Shown here piece by piece: positions 10,443 through 19,874 of a DNA stretch of 64,000 nucleotides (its first letter is position 1; each line of letters starts with the position of its first letter). The notes beneath the pieces were generated by a model. It was not told the origin of the DNA, did not search any database, and saw nothing but the letters and a program-made list of their open reading frames with translations. Source of the stretch: Roseiflexaceae bacterium (GTDB lineage: Bacteria; Chloroflexota; Chloroflexia; Chloroflexales; Roseiflexaceae); the NCBI GenBank assembly GCA_947474225.1, contig CANJHS010000010.1, positions 551 to 64,550 on the forward strand. Reading direction: 5' to 3'. The translations under genes were made by a program, and so were the position numbers.

Positions 10443-10452
10443 GGAAAAGCAC

Positions 10453-12426
10453 ATGCATACGATCGATCTGCTGCTCAGTCACGCAACGGTCGTCACCATG
10501 GACGAGCACGGCACCATTCTGCATGATGGTGCCGTTGCTGTACACGGTGATATCATCATTGCAATCGACAGCACCGCCGCACTGACCGCCCGCTACCAGG
10601 CAGCCCATACCATCGACTGTCAGGGCTGTGCCATCACGCCTGGTCTCATCAATGCGCATGCCCATGTGCCGATGAGCTTGTTACGCGGTGTCGCTGCCGA
10701 TTTGCAACTCGACGTCTGGTTGTTCGGCTACATGTTCCCCGTCGAAGCACGTTTTGTGACGCCCGAATTTGTCCGCACCGGCACGTTGTTGTCCTGCGCC
10801 GAGATGATCCGTGGCGGCACGACGACCTTTGTCGACATGTACTTCTACGAAGAAGAAGTCGCTCGTGCCGCCGACGAAGCCGGCATGCGCGCCGTCTGTG
10901 GCCAATCGGTGATGCGCTTGCCATCTCCAGACGCGTCGTCGTTCGACATTGGCCTCGAACGCGCCACCCGCTTCATCGATGCCTGGCACACCCACCCACG
11001 CATCACCCCGACCATTGCCCCGCACGCACCGTATACCTGCACCGACGAAATCTATGCCCAAGCCGTCGAACTCTGCAAAAAATACGGGGTCCCGCTGGTC
11101 ACACATCTGTCCGAGACCGCCCGCGAAGTCGACGAATCACGGGTCGATCGGCACGCCACGCCCATCGGCTATGCCGAGCGCGTCGGCGCATTCTCGGTAC
11201 CATGTATTGCGGCCCACTGCGTCCATGCCACCGACGAAGACATTGCAACTCTGGCCGCCAAAGGTGTCGGCGTCGCGCCATGTCCGACGTCGAATCTCAA
11301 GCTTGCCAGTGGCGTCGCACCGTATCTCAAGTTCCTCAATGCCGGGGTGAAAACAGGCCTCGGTACCGACGGTCCTGCGTCGAACGACGACCAAGATATG
11401 TTCAGCGAAATCCACTTGGCGGCATTACTCCCCAAAGGGTTATCCGGCGATCCGACGGCAATGCCCGCCAAGACAGCATTTTCGCTGGCGACATCCTCTG
11501 GTGCCCGCGCCATACACCAAGCCGACCGCATCGGCTCACTCGCAGTCGGCAAGCAAGCAGACCTGGTCGTAATCTCACTGGGCGCGCTGCATAATTCACC
11601 GACGTATACCTACAGCGCCGATGCCATCTACAACCAACTCGTCTACACCTGTCACGCCAGCGATGTACGCGATACCATCATCGCCGGTCGCATCCTGATG
11701 CGTAATCGCGAATTACTCACGCTCGACGAGCAGACCATCCTGCGTGATGCACGACGCATCGCCAGCGAGATCAACACCTTCCTCGCCAACCGCGAAGAAC
11801 ACCTCCTCGACAAAATCCTGGCCATCAGTCCCATCCAAGCCAGCGAGATTTTTGAGATCCAAGTCAAGGCCAAAATCGACCCCTCCGACACACACGCCAT
11901 CCGCGCCATCCTGGGCGCTGCGCCGTTCATCATCAATCGTCAGAATCAGCGCACACAGTACGACACCTACTTCGGCTGGAACGATCTCGCGCAGGGGCGC
12001 ATCCGTCTGCGCGAAGACCATCGCGTTGATGCCCAGGGTCGTACCCCGCCCTACTACACCCTCACGCTGACCGAGCCCGTCAAACGCGTCGAATACAACG
12101 CCGCCGTGCAGTTATCTCGGGCACGCTACACCGCACCCGCCCATCACACCGAACGCTTCTACCGCGAATACTTCCAACCCAACCACACAATCACCATCAC
12201 CAAAGAACGTCAGCGCATCCATGTGACCTTCCGGGACACCGAATTTGCCATCAACATTGATACCATCACCAGCACGCCAAACGCCGGGATGTATGTCGAA
12301 ATCAAAAGCCGTACCTGGAGTCAACGTGACGCCACCCACAAAGCAGCACTGATCGGTGACATCCTTCAGCTGTTGGGGATTGCCGATAATCGGCTGATCA
12401 AAGACGAATATGTCGACCAACTATAA
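10453..12426 (+). CDS. Amidohydrolase (MtaD-like 5-methylthioadenosine/S-adenosylhomocysteine deaminase family) fused to a C-terminal CYTH (CyaB/ThTPase-like) domain
   Basis: The N-terminal ~440 aa carry the motifs PGLINAHAHVPMSLLRG, VTHLSET and GTDGPASNDDQDMF. The C-terminal ~195 aa carry CYTH-like strands: EIFEIQVKAK, QYDTYFG, IRLRED, YYTLTLTEP, VKRVEYN, ITKERQR, YVEIKS. ATG 10453 lies after AAGGAAAAG. Confidence 0.8.
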   Translation: MHTIDLLLSHATVVTMDEHGTILHDGAVAVHGDIIIAIDSTAALTARYQAAHTIDCQGCAITPGLINAHAHVPMSLLRGVAADLQLDVWLFGYMFPVEARFVTPEFVRTGTLLSCAEMIRGGTTTFVDMYFYEEEVARAADEAGMRAVCGQSVMRLPSPDASSFDIGLERATRFIDAWHTHPRITPTIAPHAPYTCTDEIYAQAVELCKKYGVPLVTHLSETAREVDESRVDRHATPIGYAERVGAFSVPCIAAHCVHATDEDIATLAAKGVGVAPCPTSNLKLASGVAPYLKFLNAGVKTGLGTDGPASNDDQDMFSEIHLAALLPKGLSGDPTAMPAKTAFSLATSSGARAIHQADRIGSLAVGKQADLVVISLGALHNSPTYTYSADAIYNQLVYTCHASDVRDTIIAGRILMRNRELLTLDEQTILRDARRIASEINTFLANREEHLLDKILAISPIQASEIFEIQVKAKIDPSDTHAIRAILGAAPFIINRQNQRTQYDTYFGWNDLAQGRIRLREDHRVDAQGRTPPYYTLTLTEPVKRVEYNAAVQLSRARYTAPAHHTERFYREYFQPNHTITITKERQRIHVTFRDTEFAINIDTITSTPNAGMYVEIKSRTWSQRDATHKAALIGDILQLLGIADNRLIKDEYVDQL

Positions 12427-13042
12427 CTACATCATCGGCCTGACGGGCAATATCGCCTGTGGCAAAAGCGTCGTCGTCCAGACCCTCGCCGCTTTGGGAG
12501 TACACACCTGCGACGCCGATGCCGTCACACGCACACTCCAACAACCGGGGCAAGCGGTCTATCACGCAATCGTTGCTGCGTTCGGCCCTACAATTGTCGC
12601 GCCAGACGGGAGTATCGATCGGCGCGCGTTGGGGTCGATTGTCTTTGCTGACCCGGTCCAACTCAAACGCCTCGAACAGCTGATCCACCCCGCCGTCCGT
12701 CAGCATATCTTGCAGTTTCTGGCCGCCCTCCCGCAGGGGACGGCCGACGCGCCGACCATCGCGGTCATCGATGCCATCAAACTCATTGAATCGGGCTGGC
12801 CCGCCCATTGCAACACGGTCTGGGTGGTGACCGCTCCCCGCGCCACACAAATCACCCGGCTGATGCAGACACGTGGTTTGACCGAGGCAGAAGCCATCAT
12901 CCGCATCGACGCACAGTCACCCCAAGCAGACAAAGTAGCGCAGGCACATCACGTCTTTGCAAACACCGGGACCCTGGCGTCACTCCAACAGCAGGTACAT
13001 GTTGCCCTCGACGGCATCTATGCCGAGCTAGCCTCGCGATGA
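12410..13042 (+). CDS. coaE: Dephospho-CoA kinase
   Basis: 210 aa. Has the P-loop IIGLTGNIACGKS. It overlaps the upstream gene by 17 nt. Confidence 0.9.
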   Translation: MSTNYNYIIGLTGNIACGKSVVVQTLAALGVHTCDADAVTRTLQQPGQAVYHAIVAAFGPTIVAPDGSIDRRALGSIVFADPVQLKRLEQLIHPAVRQHILQFLAALPQGTADAPTIAVIDAIKLIESGWPAHCNTVWVVTAPRATQITRLMQTRGLTEAEAIIRIDAQSPQADKVAQAHHVFANTGTLASLQQQVHVALDGIYAELASR

Positions 13043-13070
13043 CAATAGTTCTGTGCTGATGTTTCACACA

Positions 13071-13105
13071 AACACCCCCCGTGGCGAATGCCACGGGGGG
13101 TGTTT
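13071..13105 (+). terminator. Rho-independent terminator after coaE
   Basis: AACACCCCCCGTGGC-gaa-TGCCACGGGGGGTGTT followed by TTT. Confidence 0.8.
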
Positions 13106-13117
13106 TTCCTTAGCCGG

Positions 13118-14290
13118 TTATTGCTTGATGTTTTTGTACAACTCGTCGTGTTGCGCGACGATACGATCCCAGCCGAATATTTCCATCAATTCACGACCAC
13201 CGCGACTCAGCGTAAACGCGAGTTCAGGATTTGTGCGGACCTGTTCGATTGCTGCAGCCAACGCGGTGTCACTGTCGGGTTCGATAAGCAAGGCATGTTT
13301 GCCATCGATCAAATCAGGGAGCGGATCCTGGCTCACATTGAGGTGTGCCTTTGTGGTAATCATCGGCACACCATGTGCCAAACCGGTCAGCAAGCTCCCT
13401 CGTCGATAGGAATAGCCATCGCTAAACGGCAGCACAATTGCATCCGCTGCGATGAGATACGCCGATACGTCGGCCGGTTCGGCATGACCCGTCACGATGA
13501 CGCGCTCTTCGAGCCCGTAGTCGATGATATTTTGGCGGATGCGGCGTGCATACGCTTGGTCTTCGTTCGATTCACCTTCGCCGCCAATCAACGCCAATCG
13601 CGTCGTTGCCGGCAACGTACGCATCGCCATCAACAACGTATCGATGCCTTTGGTGTGCGTCAGCAAGCCAAAATATGCCAGCAACATGTCGCTCTGGTAG
13701 ACGCCAAATCGACTCCGCCACAACTCGCGGTCATAGTTCTCGGGTGGCGCAGGCGATACATTTGCGCCTATCGGGATAAAAACCGTGTGCGGATTCCATG
13801 CCCCTTTGCTCCCATCCATCACGGTATGGTAGTCGGAGGCATTGGTCATCACGGCGCCGTCTGCATCGCGGATGATTTTTTTCGTGTACCATTTGCGCAA
13901 AAAACTTGCCTTAGGGAACAAATACGGTGGCAACAAATCGTGGGCCGTCGTCACCACGCGCAGTCCTTGCTTTCGCTCACGCGACAACACGCGTGGCAAA
14001 CGATTGATGGCTACCCTCATGTCATATGCGCCGGTTTGATACTGGATATGCACAATGTCGGGCTGGAGTTTGGCAATGGTCTGACGGATAACGGGGAGGC
14101 AACTGTTGTCCCACTTTTCAATGCGTACGGGATAAATACGCGCGGCATCGCGATACGCCTGGCCTTGTTTGCCTGTCATGATGGCGACCTCGTGACCGAG
14201 TTTGCTCAACCCTGTGGTCAATCGTCGCGTATAGTCACCAATTCCCCCCGACATGGGTGGGTATTCGGCCGTTATCATCAAAATACGCAT
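13118..14290 (-). CDS. Glycosyltransferase family 4 (GT-B, RfaB-like)
   Basis: MRILMITAEYPPMSGGIGDY N-terminus. The track start at 14428 would run into the upstream gene's stop (14335), so Met47 (14290) is chosen. Confidence 0.85.
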   Translation of the reverse strand: MRILMITAEYPPMSGGIGDYTRRLTTGLSKLGHEVAIMTGKQGQAYRDAARIYPVRIEKWDNSCLPVIRQTIAKLQPDIVHIQYQTGAYDMRVAINRLPRVLSRERKQGLRVVTTAHDLLPPYLFPKASFLRKWYTKKIIRDADGAVMTNASDYHTVMDGSKGAWNPHTVFIPIGANVSPAPPENYDRELWRSRFGVYQSDMLLAYFGLLTHTKGIDTLLMAMRTLPATTRLALIGGEGESNEDQAYARRIRQNIIDYGLEERVIVTGHAEPADVSAYLIAADAIVLPFSDGYSYRRGSLLTGLAHGVPMITTKAHLNVSQDPLPDLIDGKHALLIEPDSDTALAAAIEQVRTNPELAFTLSRGGRELMEIFGWDRIVAQHDELYKNIKQ

Positions 14291-14334
14291 CGCACTTCCT
14301 CGCTTCAGTCCGTCTGTAGCCTCTACGCGCGTCG

Positions 14335-15351
14335 TTAGACGCTCCGTCCCAACAGGCTCGCAGCCAATTCTTGTAGTTGCGTCTGTACCGATACATCGAG
14401 CACCTGCACGCGTGCCAGCGCAGCACACGCCGTTACATAATGGAACTCCGCCAACTGCGCCGTAAATGCCTGTGCTCCCGAGGCGTCGATAGCCTGACGG
14501 GCAGCTGCCAGCCCGGCATCATCCCCAGCGGCTGTTGCGTACAAGCGATGAATGGGGCCGTTGCTCGCCTCGCGCGACAGCGCATAAATGACCGGTAGGC
14601 TTTGCTTGCGGCGCAACAAATCAGCGGCATCTGGCTTGCCGGTGACCGCAGGATCGCCCCAAATACCCAAAATATCATCCTGCATTTGGAACGAGATACC
14701 CAGATGCAAGCCAAACTCTCCTAATGCGGCGGCTGCGCCTTCTGATGCGTTTGCAGCCATCGCCCCGAGTTCGCAACAGGCAGCCAACAATACGGCTGTT
14801 TTGCGTGTCACCATCGCCACATATTCGTCCTCGGTGACCGTCTGTTTACCCTCGAAACTGATATCGAGGTACTGACCCTCGCATATCGACAGAATCGTCC
14901 GATCGAATCGCGCCAAAATATCGAGGACGCGCTCCGCCGAAAGTCCCGTTTGGCGCAACCGTTGAATGGCCAGATGCGCCACCACAAACATGCCATCGCC
15001 CGCATTGATCCCTTGGGCGAGACCCCAGATCGTCCACAATGTGGTACGGCCTCGGCGCAAATCACTATTGTCTTGGATGTCGTCATGAATCAAAGAAAAA
15101 TCATGGATGAGTTGTATGCCCGCCGCCAACGGCAACGCCTGTGCGTGCGTTCCACCCATCAATGCACAACACATCATGGTGATAATCGGCCGCAACAGTT
15201 TACCCGGATCGGCGTATTCAACCTCGAGCGCGCGGTTGCGCCAGCCGAGGTGGTATTCTTGCATCTCATAAAATTCACGCACTGCCGCAGTATGCGCTGG
15301 GTAGGCAGCTTGCATCTCGGTGCGTATGAGTGTTCGTATATCCTGCGTCAT
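14335..15351 (-). CDS. Polyprenyl diphosphate synthase (trans-isoprenyl, GGPP/FPP synthase family)
   Basis: Has the first Asp-rich motif LIHDDIQD and the second, QMQDDILG. Confidence 0.85.
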   Translation of the reverse strand: MTQDIRTLIRTEMQAAYPAHTAAVREFYEMQEYHLGWRNRALEVEYADPGKLLRPIITMMCCALMGGTHAQALPLAAGIQLIHDFSLIHDDIQDNSDLRRGRTTLWTIWGLAQGINAGDGMFVVAHLAIQRLRQTGLSAERVLDILARFDRTILSICEGQYLDISFEGKQTVTEDEYVAMVTRKTAVLLAACCELGAMAANASEGAAAALGEFGLHLGISFQMQDDILGIWGDPAVTGKPDAADLLRRKQSLPVIYALSREASNGPIHRLYATAAGDDAGLAAARQAIDASGAQAFTAQLAEFHYVTACAALARVQVLDVSVQTQLQELAASLLGRSV

Positions 15352-15598
15352 GCAGCACTCCCTGAACAATCGACACATACATTCTCTCACCACGTCTTGT
15401 TCTATTATCACCCATGAATGCTGCTCTCACAACTCAACGCAAAAACGGCGTCCCACCTGATGTTTTGGGATATTCCTCTCCCTGATAGAAATAATGAAAA
15501 TTCTCTCATCCTTGTAATTAGCTTGTCATCCACCCACATTGTGAAGTATGCAAGTGGGTAGTACACTACTGCTAGTACGATAGATTGTCCCAAGAGGA

Positions 15599-16024
15599 GT
15601 GTGTATGGCGCCGAACCTCAGATTTCGCTTTAGTCCGGCCAAAGACGGCCTGGTTAAAGTGCTCGGGCCACTCGAAACAGACATCATGCAGGTCATCTGG
15701 CATGACGATTGTGGTACCGTCAAAAAAGTTCATCGCGCACTCGCTCAAAACCGCGAAATCGCATACACCACTGTGATGACGACGATGAGCCGCCTGGCCG
15801 AAAAAGGCGTCCTCAAACGCCAACGCGATGGCCTCGCCTATACATACACCCCAAGTCTCACCGAAGATGACTTCGTGACGATGGTCGTCCAACAGGTCCT
15901 CGATGGCTTGCTTACAGATTATAGCGAGACCGCCGTAGATTACATGGTCGAATTCTTGGTGCGCCATAATCCCAACGAACTCGAACGACTCCGTGGCGTT
16001 ATCAGCAAGCATTCGGTCGCCTAA
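15599..16024 (+). CDS. BlaI/MecI/CopY-family transcriptional repressor
   Basis: 141 aa. Has the winged-helix pattern LGPLETDIMQVIW ... AYTTVMTTMSRLAEKGVL. The start could be ATG 15605. Confidence 0.8.
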   Translation: MCMAPNLRFRFSPAKDGLVKVLGPLETDIMQVIWHDDCGTVKKVHRALAQNREIAYTTVMTTMSRLAEKGVLKRQRDGLAYTYTPSLTEDDFVTMVVQQVLDGLLTDYSETAVDYMVEFLVRHNPNELERLRGVISKHSVA

Positions 16025-16031
16025 CAAAAAC

Positions 16032-16067
16032 AAAATCCCCCGCTGGCATATGCCAGCGGGGGATTTT
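16032..16067. terminator. Bidirectional terminator between the BlaI-like gene and rimO
   Basis: AAAATCCCCCGCTGGCA-ta-TGCCAGCGGGGGATTTT, with A and T tracts on both sides. Confidence 0.8.
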
Positions 16068-16077
16068 CATTGCGGTT

Positions 16078-17457
16078 TTATACGACATTGCCCCAGAGAT
16101 CGTATTCGGTGGTGGTCGTGATTTTCACACTCCGAATCGTGCCAACCTCTCCTTTGCCCCAGGCAAATACCTGCCCATCGACTTCGGGCGCATCGCGGAA
16201 CGACCGACCGACTAATAATGGCCGTCCCTCATCATCACTGCCAGTGCCTTCAATCAGCATCTGCACGGTTTTGCCACGCCACGCCTGTTGCCGTTGCGTC
16301 GATATTTCTTGCTGGAGCTGCATCACCTTGTGCCAACGGCGTTCGATTTGCTTCTGTGGTACTTTGGCTTCCAATGTGGTCGCGTGCGTACCTGGTTCGT
16401 CGCTGTAGCGGAAGACGCCGACGCGATCGAGGGTCATTTCGCTCAAGAACTCGGTCAGGCTGAGGAACTCGTCCTTCGTCTCGCCGGGGAATCCAACGAT
16501 GAAGGTCGACCGGATTGCAATCTCGGGCATGGCATCGCGTAAGTCGCGGATGATACCTTTGGTGCGTTCAATGTCGGGGGGCCGGCGCATCCGTCGCAAC
16601 GTGGCCGGATCTGCGTGCTGCAACGGCATATCGAGGTACTTAACGATTTGTGGATGCGCCTTCATCACCTCGATGAGACGCGCGGTGATGCCGTGAGGGT
16701 AGGCGTACATCAACCGAATCCAACGCCCCTCAGGGACGACGGTACACAGTTGTTCGAGCAAATCGGCCAAGCCGTCCTTCATGCCCATGTCACGACCGTA
16801 GTCGGTCAGATGTTGGGCCACCAAGATAATCTCTTGGACGCCCCGTTCCATCAGCTGCTTGGCCTCGGCCAAAATAGCGTCTTGTTTCTTGGAACGCATG
16901 TCGCCTTTGAACGAAGGAATCGTACAAAACGCACAACGCAGATTGCAGCCGTCTGAGATTTTGAGGTATGCCGACGGACCGGAGACGCTTCGTTGAATTT
17001 GTGACGTGCGCCAGTCAGCGTATTCGCCGGGCACTTTCAAATCAATCGCAGTCGGATCAACGGGCTTCAGGTCAATTAAATTTCCCATCGAAAACATGTT
17101 TTTGGTGGGTGTTGTCTTGGGTTGTTCGCCGATAACCTCGCCGATACGCATCCATTCACGCGTGCCCAAGATCGCGTCGACGCCGGCAACAGCTTTCACC
17201 AGATCGCCGTGGCTTTCGGCCATACAGCCGGCAGCGATGAGTTTTTGGCCAGCGTGTTTTTTGGCGCCCATCTCGTGCAGCACCGCGAGTGTTTCGTCAC
17301 GGGCCGAGGCGATGAAGCTACAGGTGTTGACAATGACGACGTCAGCCTGCTCGGATTCGGCAACGGTGGTATGCCCTTGCGCGTGTAAGATCCCCGTCAT
17401 CCCCTCGCTGTCGACGGAATTTTTGGGGCAGCCGAGGGTAATCAGATGTATCTTCAT
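16078..17457 (-). CDS. rimO: Ribosomal protein S12 methylthiotransferase
   Basis: 459 aa. Has MKIHLITLGCPKNSVDSE, a radical-SAM CNLRCAFC motif and a C-terminal TRAM domain. Confidence 0.9.
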   Translation of the reverse strand: MKIHLITLGCPKNSVDSEGMTGILHAQGHTTVAESEQADVVIVNTCSFIASARDETLAVLHEMGAKKHAGQKLIAAGCMAESHGDLVKAVAGVDAILGTREWMRIGEVIGEQPKTTPTKNMFSMGNLIDLKPVDPTAIDLKVPGEYADWRTSQIQRSVSGPSAYLKISDGCNLRCAFCTIPSFKGDMRSKKQDAILAEAKQLMERGVQEIILVAQHLTDYGRDMGMKDGLADLLEQLCTVVPEGRWIRLMYAYPHGITARLIEVMKAHPQIVKYLDMPLQHADPATLRRMRRPPDIERTKGIIRDLRDAMPEIAIRSTFIVGFPGETKDEFLSLTEFLSEMTLDRVGVFRYSDEPGTHATTLEAKVPQKQIERRWHKVMQLQQEISTQRQQAWRGKTVQMLIEGTGSDDEGRPLLVGRSFRDAPEVDGQVFAWGKGEVGTIRSVKITTTTEYDLWGNVV

Positions 17458-17493
17458 GAATGGTTCCTACTAGCGCAGATCAGTACGTCCACG

Positions 17494-17991
17494 TCACCGG
17501 TAATTATTGAATTGCAGCGCAACGGGGAACTCATCGGCTGCCTCGCGCAGCGCGGTGATGACCAATTGCAGATCATCGCGGCTTTTGCTGCCGACGCGAA
17601 TCGACTCACCCTGTATGCGGCCTTGGACTTTGGGGAACTTGTCCTTCAAAAAGCGCTGTATCTTCTTGGCGACGTCGTCAGCCAATCCCTTTTGCAAGGT
17701 GATGACCTGCTTGACACGACCACCAGCGACATCCTGGACGTCGTTCAGTTTGAAGACCTTTATCGACAAATTGCGGCGCAATGCTTTGCTGAGCAAAATA
17801 TCGCGGATAGCAGTCATATGCATGTCTGATTCGGTAGTGATGATGAGTTCTTTGTCGGACAATTCGATGTCGGTCTTGGTGTCCTTCAAATCGTAACGTG
17901 TCTGGACTTCGCGCTTGGTCTGGTCTACTGCGTTGACCATCTCTTGTGTGTCGTATTCGGACACAATGTCAAAGCTACTTTCGGCTGCCAT
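17494..17991 (-). CDS. yajQ: YajQ-family nucleotide (c-di-GMP)-binding protein
   Basis: 165 aa. SFDIVSEYDTQEMVNAVDQTKREVQTRYDLK matches UPF0234/YajQ. Confidence 0.9.
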   Translation of the reverse strand: MAAESSFDIVSEYDTQEMVNAVDQTKREVQTRYDLKDTKTDIELSDKELIITTESDMHMTAIRDILLSKALRRNLSIKVFKLNDVQDVAGGRVKQVITLQKGLADDVAKKIQRFLKDKFPKVQGRIQGESIRVGSKSRDDLQLVITALREAADEFPVALQFNNYR

Positions 17992-18013
17992 CTGCTGCTC
18001 CTTCTACACACCA

Positions 18014-18038
18014 ACGCGGGGGACGTGCGCCCCCGCGT
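18014..18038 (-). terminator. Possible terminator hairpin after the RodZ-like gene
   Basis: ACGCGGGGG-N7-CCCCCGCGT. There is no clear U-tract. Confidence 0.3.
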
Positions 18039-18066
18039 ATGCGCTCATGTCGTCGCCTGCGTCACC

Positions 18067-18876
18067 TTAGGGTGGTGGCCAACTGAACGAAACAACGTCG
18101 CCGGGCGTATTACTCAGCCGTTGTTCAACACCGTTGATGTTGACGGTCACGACATATGCATTACCTGCCCGGATCCAGACACCGCGCTGCGCCGTGTAGC
18201 GCAACGATTCGCCTGGTTTAAGGACCTTTTGGAACACAGATTTGTTGTCGATTTTGACGTTCAACCACGAACCCGGATTTTTGCCGGCATCGACTTTGAC
18301 TATCATCACAATCGGCGCTTCGGGCGTACCCGTTGCGGCTGAAGCCACAACAGGCGTGGCCGTTGCTGCATCTGGATTGATCGGCACCGCAGTCGGCTGT
18401 GGTTGCGCCGTGGTCGGCTCGGGAATCGCCGTCGGTGCTACCACCGCAATGGTCGCTGTCTCTTGTGTGCTGATCGTGTCGATCGGTGATGCCCCCAAGT
18501 TCATGAACTCGGTAACACGCAGAATCAACCAAATAAAGCCCATAATACACAGCATGACAAAGAACATGCCAAAGAAGTTGGGCAACATTGCACCACGAAT
18601 CCGCGGAGCAACCACAGCCGGTCGTATGACTATCGGCTCGGTGCGGCCACGTTCGTACCGGTACAGTTGGATGAGTTCTTCAACAGGGATTTTGAGGTAG
18701 AGTGCGTAGTTCCGTATGAACCCACGCGCATAGACGTCACCGGGAAGGTATTTGTAATCACCCTCCTCGAGCGCCACCAAATAGCGTTGAAGGATGCGTG
18801 TTTCAGCTGCTGCCTGCGCCAAACTAATCCCTTGGGATTCTCGTGACGCACGGAGCCGATCGCCTAGCTCACTCAT
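18067..18876 (-). CDS. RodZ-like protein (XRE HTH, TM helix, Pro/Thr/Ala linker, DUF4115)
   Basis: MSELGDRLRASRESQGISLAQAA forms an HTH. The C-terminal pattern IRAGNAYVVTVNINGVE is present. ATG 18876 lies after GAGGAAG. Confidence 0.75.
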   Translation of the reverse strand: MSELGDRLRASRESQGISLAQAAAETRILQRYLVALEEGDYKYLPGDVYARGFIRNYALYLKIPVEELIQLYRYERGRTEPIVIRPAVVAPRIRGAMLPNFFGMFFVMLCIMGFIWLILRVTEFMNLGASPIDTISTQETATIAVVAPTAIPEPTTAQPQPTAVPINPDAATATPVVASAATGTPEAPIVMIVKVDAGKNPGSWLNVKIDNKSVFQKVLKPGESLRYTAQRGVWIRAGNAYVVTVNINGVEQRLSNTPGDVVSFSWPPP

Positions 18877-19283
18877 AGCGGTTACTTCCTCGCACAATCC
18901 ATGTACCACATGCGACGCATGTATACAATTTCATTATATGCTAGTCTCTCATAATATGCCAATACTGAGACTTTTACCATGGTAATTGCATGATTTCGTT
19001 CTTTTCGTTTCACGTTCGCTTCCATAGATCCCAGTAGCGGTGTGTGCGGACGCGGGAGTCTCCTTTCTTCCCTCCATTTCGTGCCGTCGTTTTTTTCGCC
19101 TGATACCCCCTCCTATGTTCGTATGCTCGTCTCGATAGTGTCTGTGTTGTAAATTCTGCACATATGTGGTCTTGTATCGGTGGTTGTGGTTTTATTGTTT
19201 GGTGAAAACCGTGCTGCCAGCACTATCCTGATAGACAGGACAATACCGGCAGACAGCGGCGGATTTTGGATTACACGGAAAAG

Positions 19284-19853
19284 CTATTTGAGTCCTTCGA
19301 CGCGCGGCAACACAATGCCCCGCTGACCCATATATTTGCCTGCTTTGTCTTTATACGACGTCTCGGCGACTTCATCTCCTTGGAAGAACAGACATTGCGC
19401 GATGCCTTCATTGGCATATATTTTAGCAGGTAACGGCGTCGAATTACTGATTTCGATGGTCCATTGCCCTTCCCAGCCGGGTTCGCCGGGAGTCACGTTG
19501 ACGATAATCCCAGCCCGCGCATAGGTCGATTTGCCGATCACCAAGACCAATACGTCCGAAGGTAAGCGGAAGTATTCGAGCGAGTGACACAATGCATAAC
19601 TATTGGGCGGGATGATACAGACATCGCCTTTGAAATGTTGAAAAATACGCTCGTCGATATTTTTAGGATCGACAACGGTGTTATATGGGCTCGTCGAAAA
19701 GATTTTGAACTCGTCTGAGACGCGCATGTCGTACCCATAGGACGAAAGTCCGTACGAAATCACCCCGCCGCGCTGTTGTTTGCCGATAAAAGGCTCAATC
19801 ATGGCGTGTTCTTCGGCCATCTTGCGGATCCAACGGTCGGATTTAATGGTCAT
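19284..19853 (-). CDS. dcd: dCTP deaminase
   Basis: [23 protein letters not shown]-terminus. ATG 19853 lies 6 nt after GAGGGAG. Confidence 0.9.
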   Translation of the reverse strand: MTIKSDRWIRKMAEEHAMIEPFIGKQQRGGVISYGLSSYGYDMRVSDEFKIFSTSPYNTVVDPKNIDERIFQHFKGDVCIIPPNSYALCHSLEYFRLPSDVLVLVIGKSTYARAGIIVNVTPGEPGWEGQWTIEISNSTPLPAKIYANEGIAQCLFFQGDEVAETSYKDKAGKYMGQRGIVLPRVEGLK

Positions 19854-19874
19854 CGTTTTCTCCCTCGTCACATC

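Noticed and set aside
10300-10452. N-terminal extensions of track ORFs. Examples: 10300 for the deaminase, 8444 for pgi, 14428 for the GT, 25325 for ccdA, 31871 for typA, 33781 for the ABC gene, 50042 for lutB.
   Set aside because: The extensions overlap upstream genes or terminators and have non-protein-like composition. Internal ATGs with an RBS match family N-termini.
13088-14338. 416-aa plus-strand ORF
   Set aside because: It is antisense to the well-supported GT4 glycosyltransferase. Its Arg/His/Cys-rich composition is typical of a shadow ORF in GC-rich DNA, and it has no RBS.
19007-19015. parS-like GTTTCACGT
   Set aside because: It matches only half of the 16-bp palindrome, and the second arm is absent.
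18910-19283. 374-bp noncoding gap between dcd and the RodZ-like gene, including a 70-aa ORF (18949-19161)
   Set aside because: The ORF is Arg/Lys/His-rich with no RBS. I could not recognise any known RNA family. Only small hairpins are present (for example GTGCTGCCAGCAC at about 19212-19224), consistent with a weak dcd terminator plus a promoter or leader.
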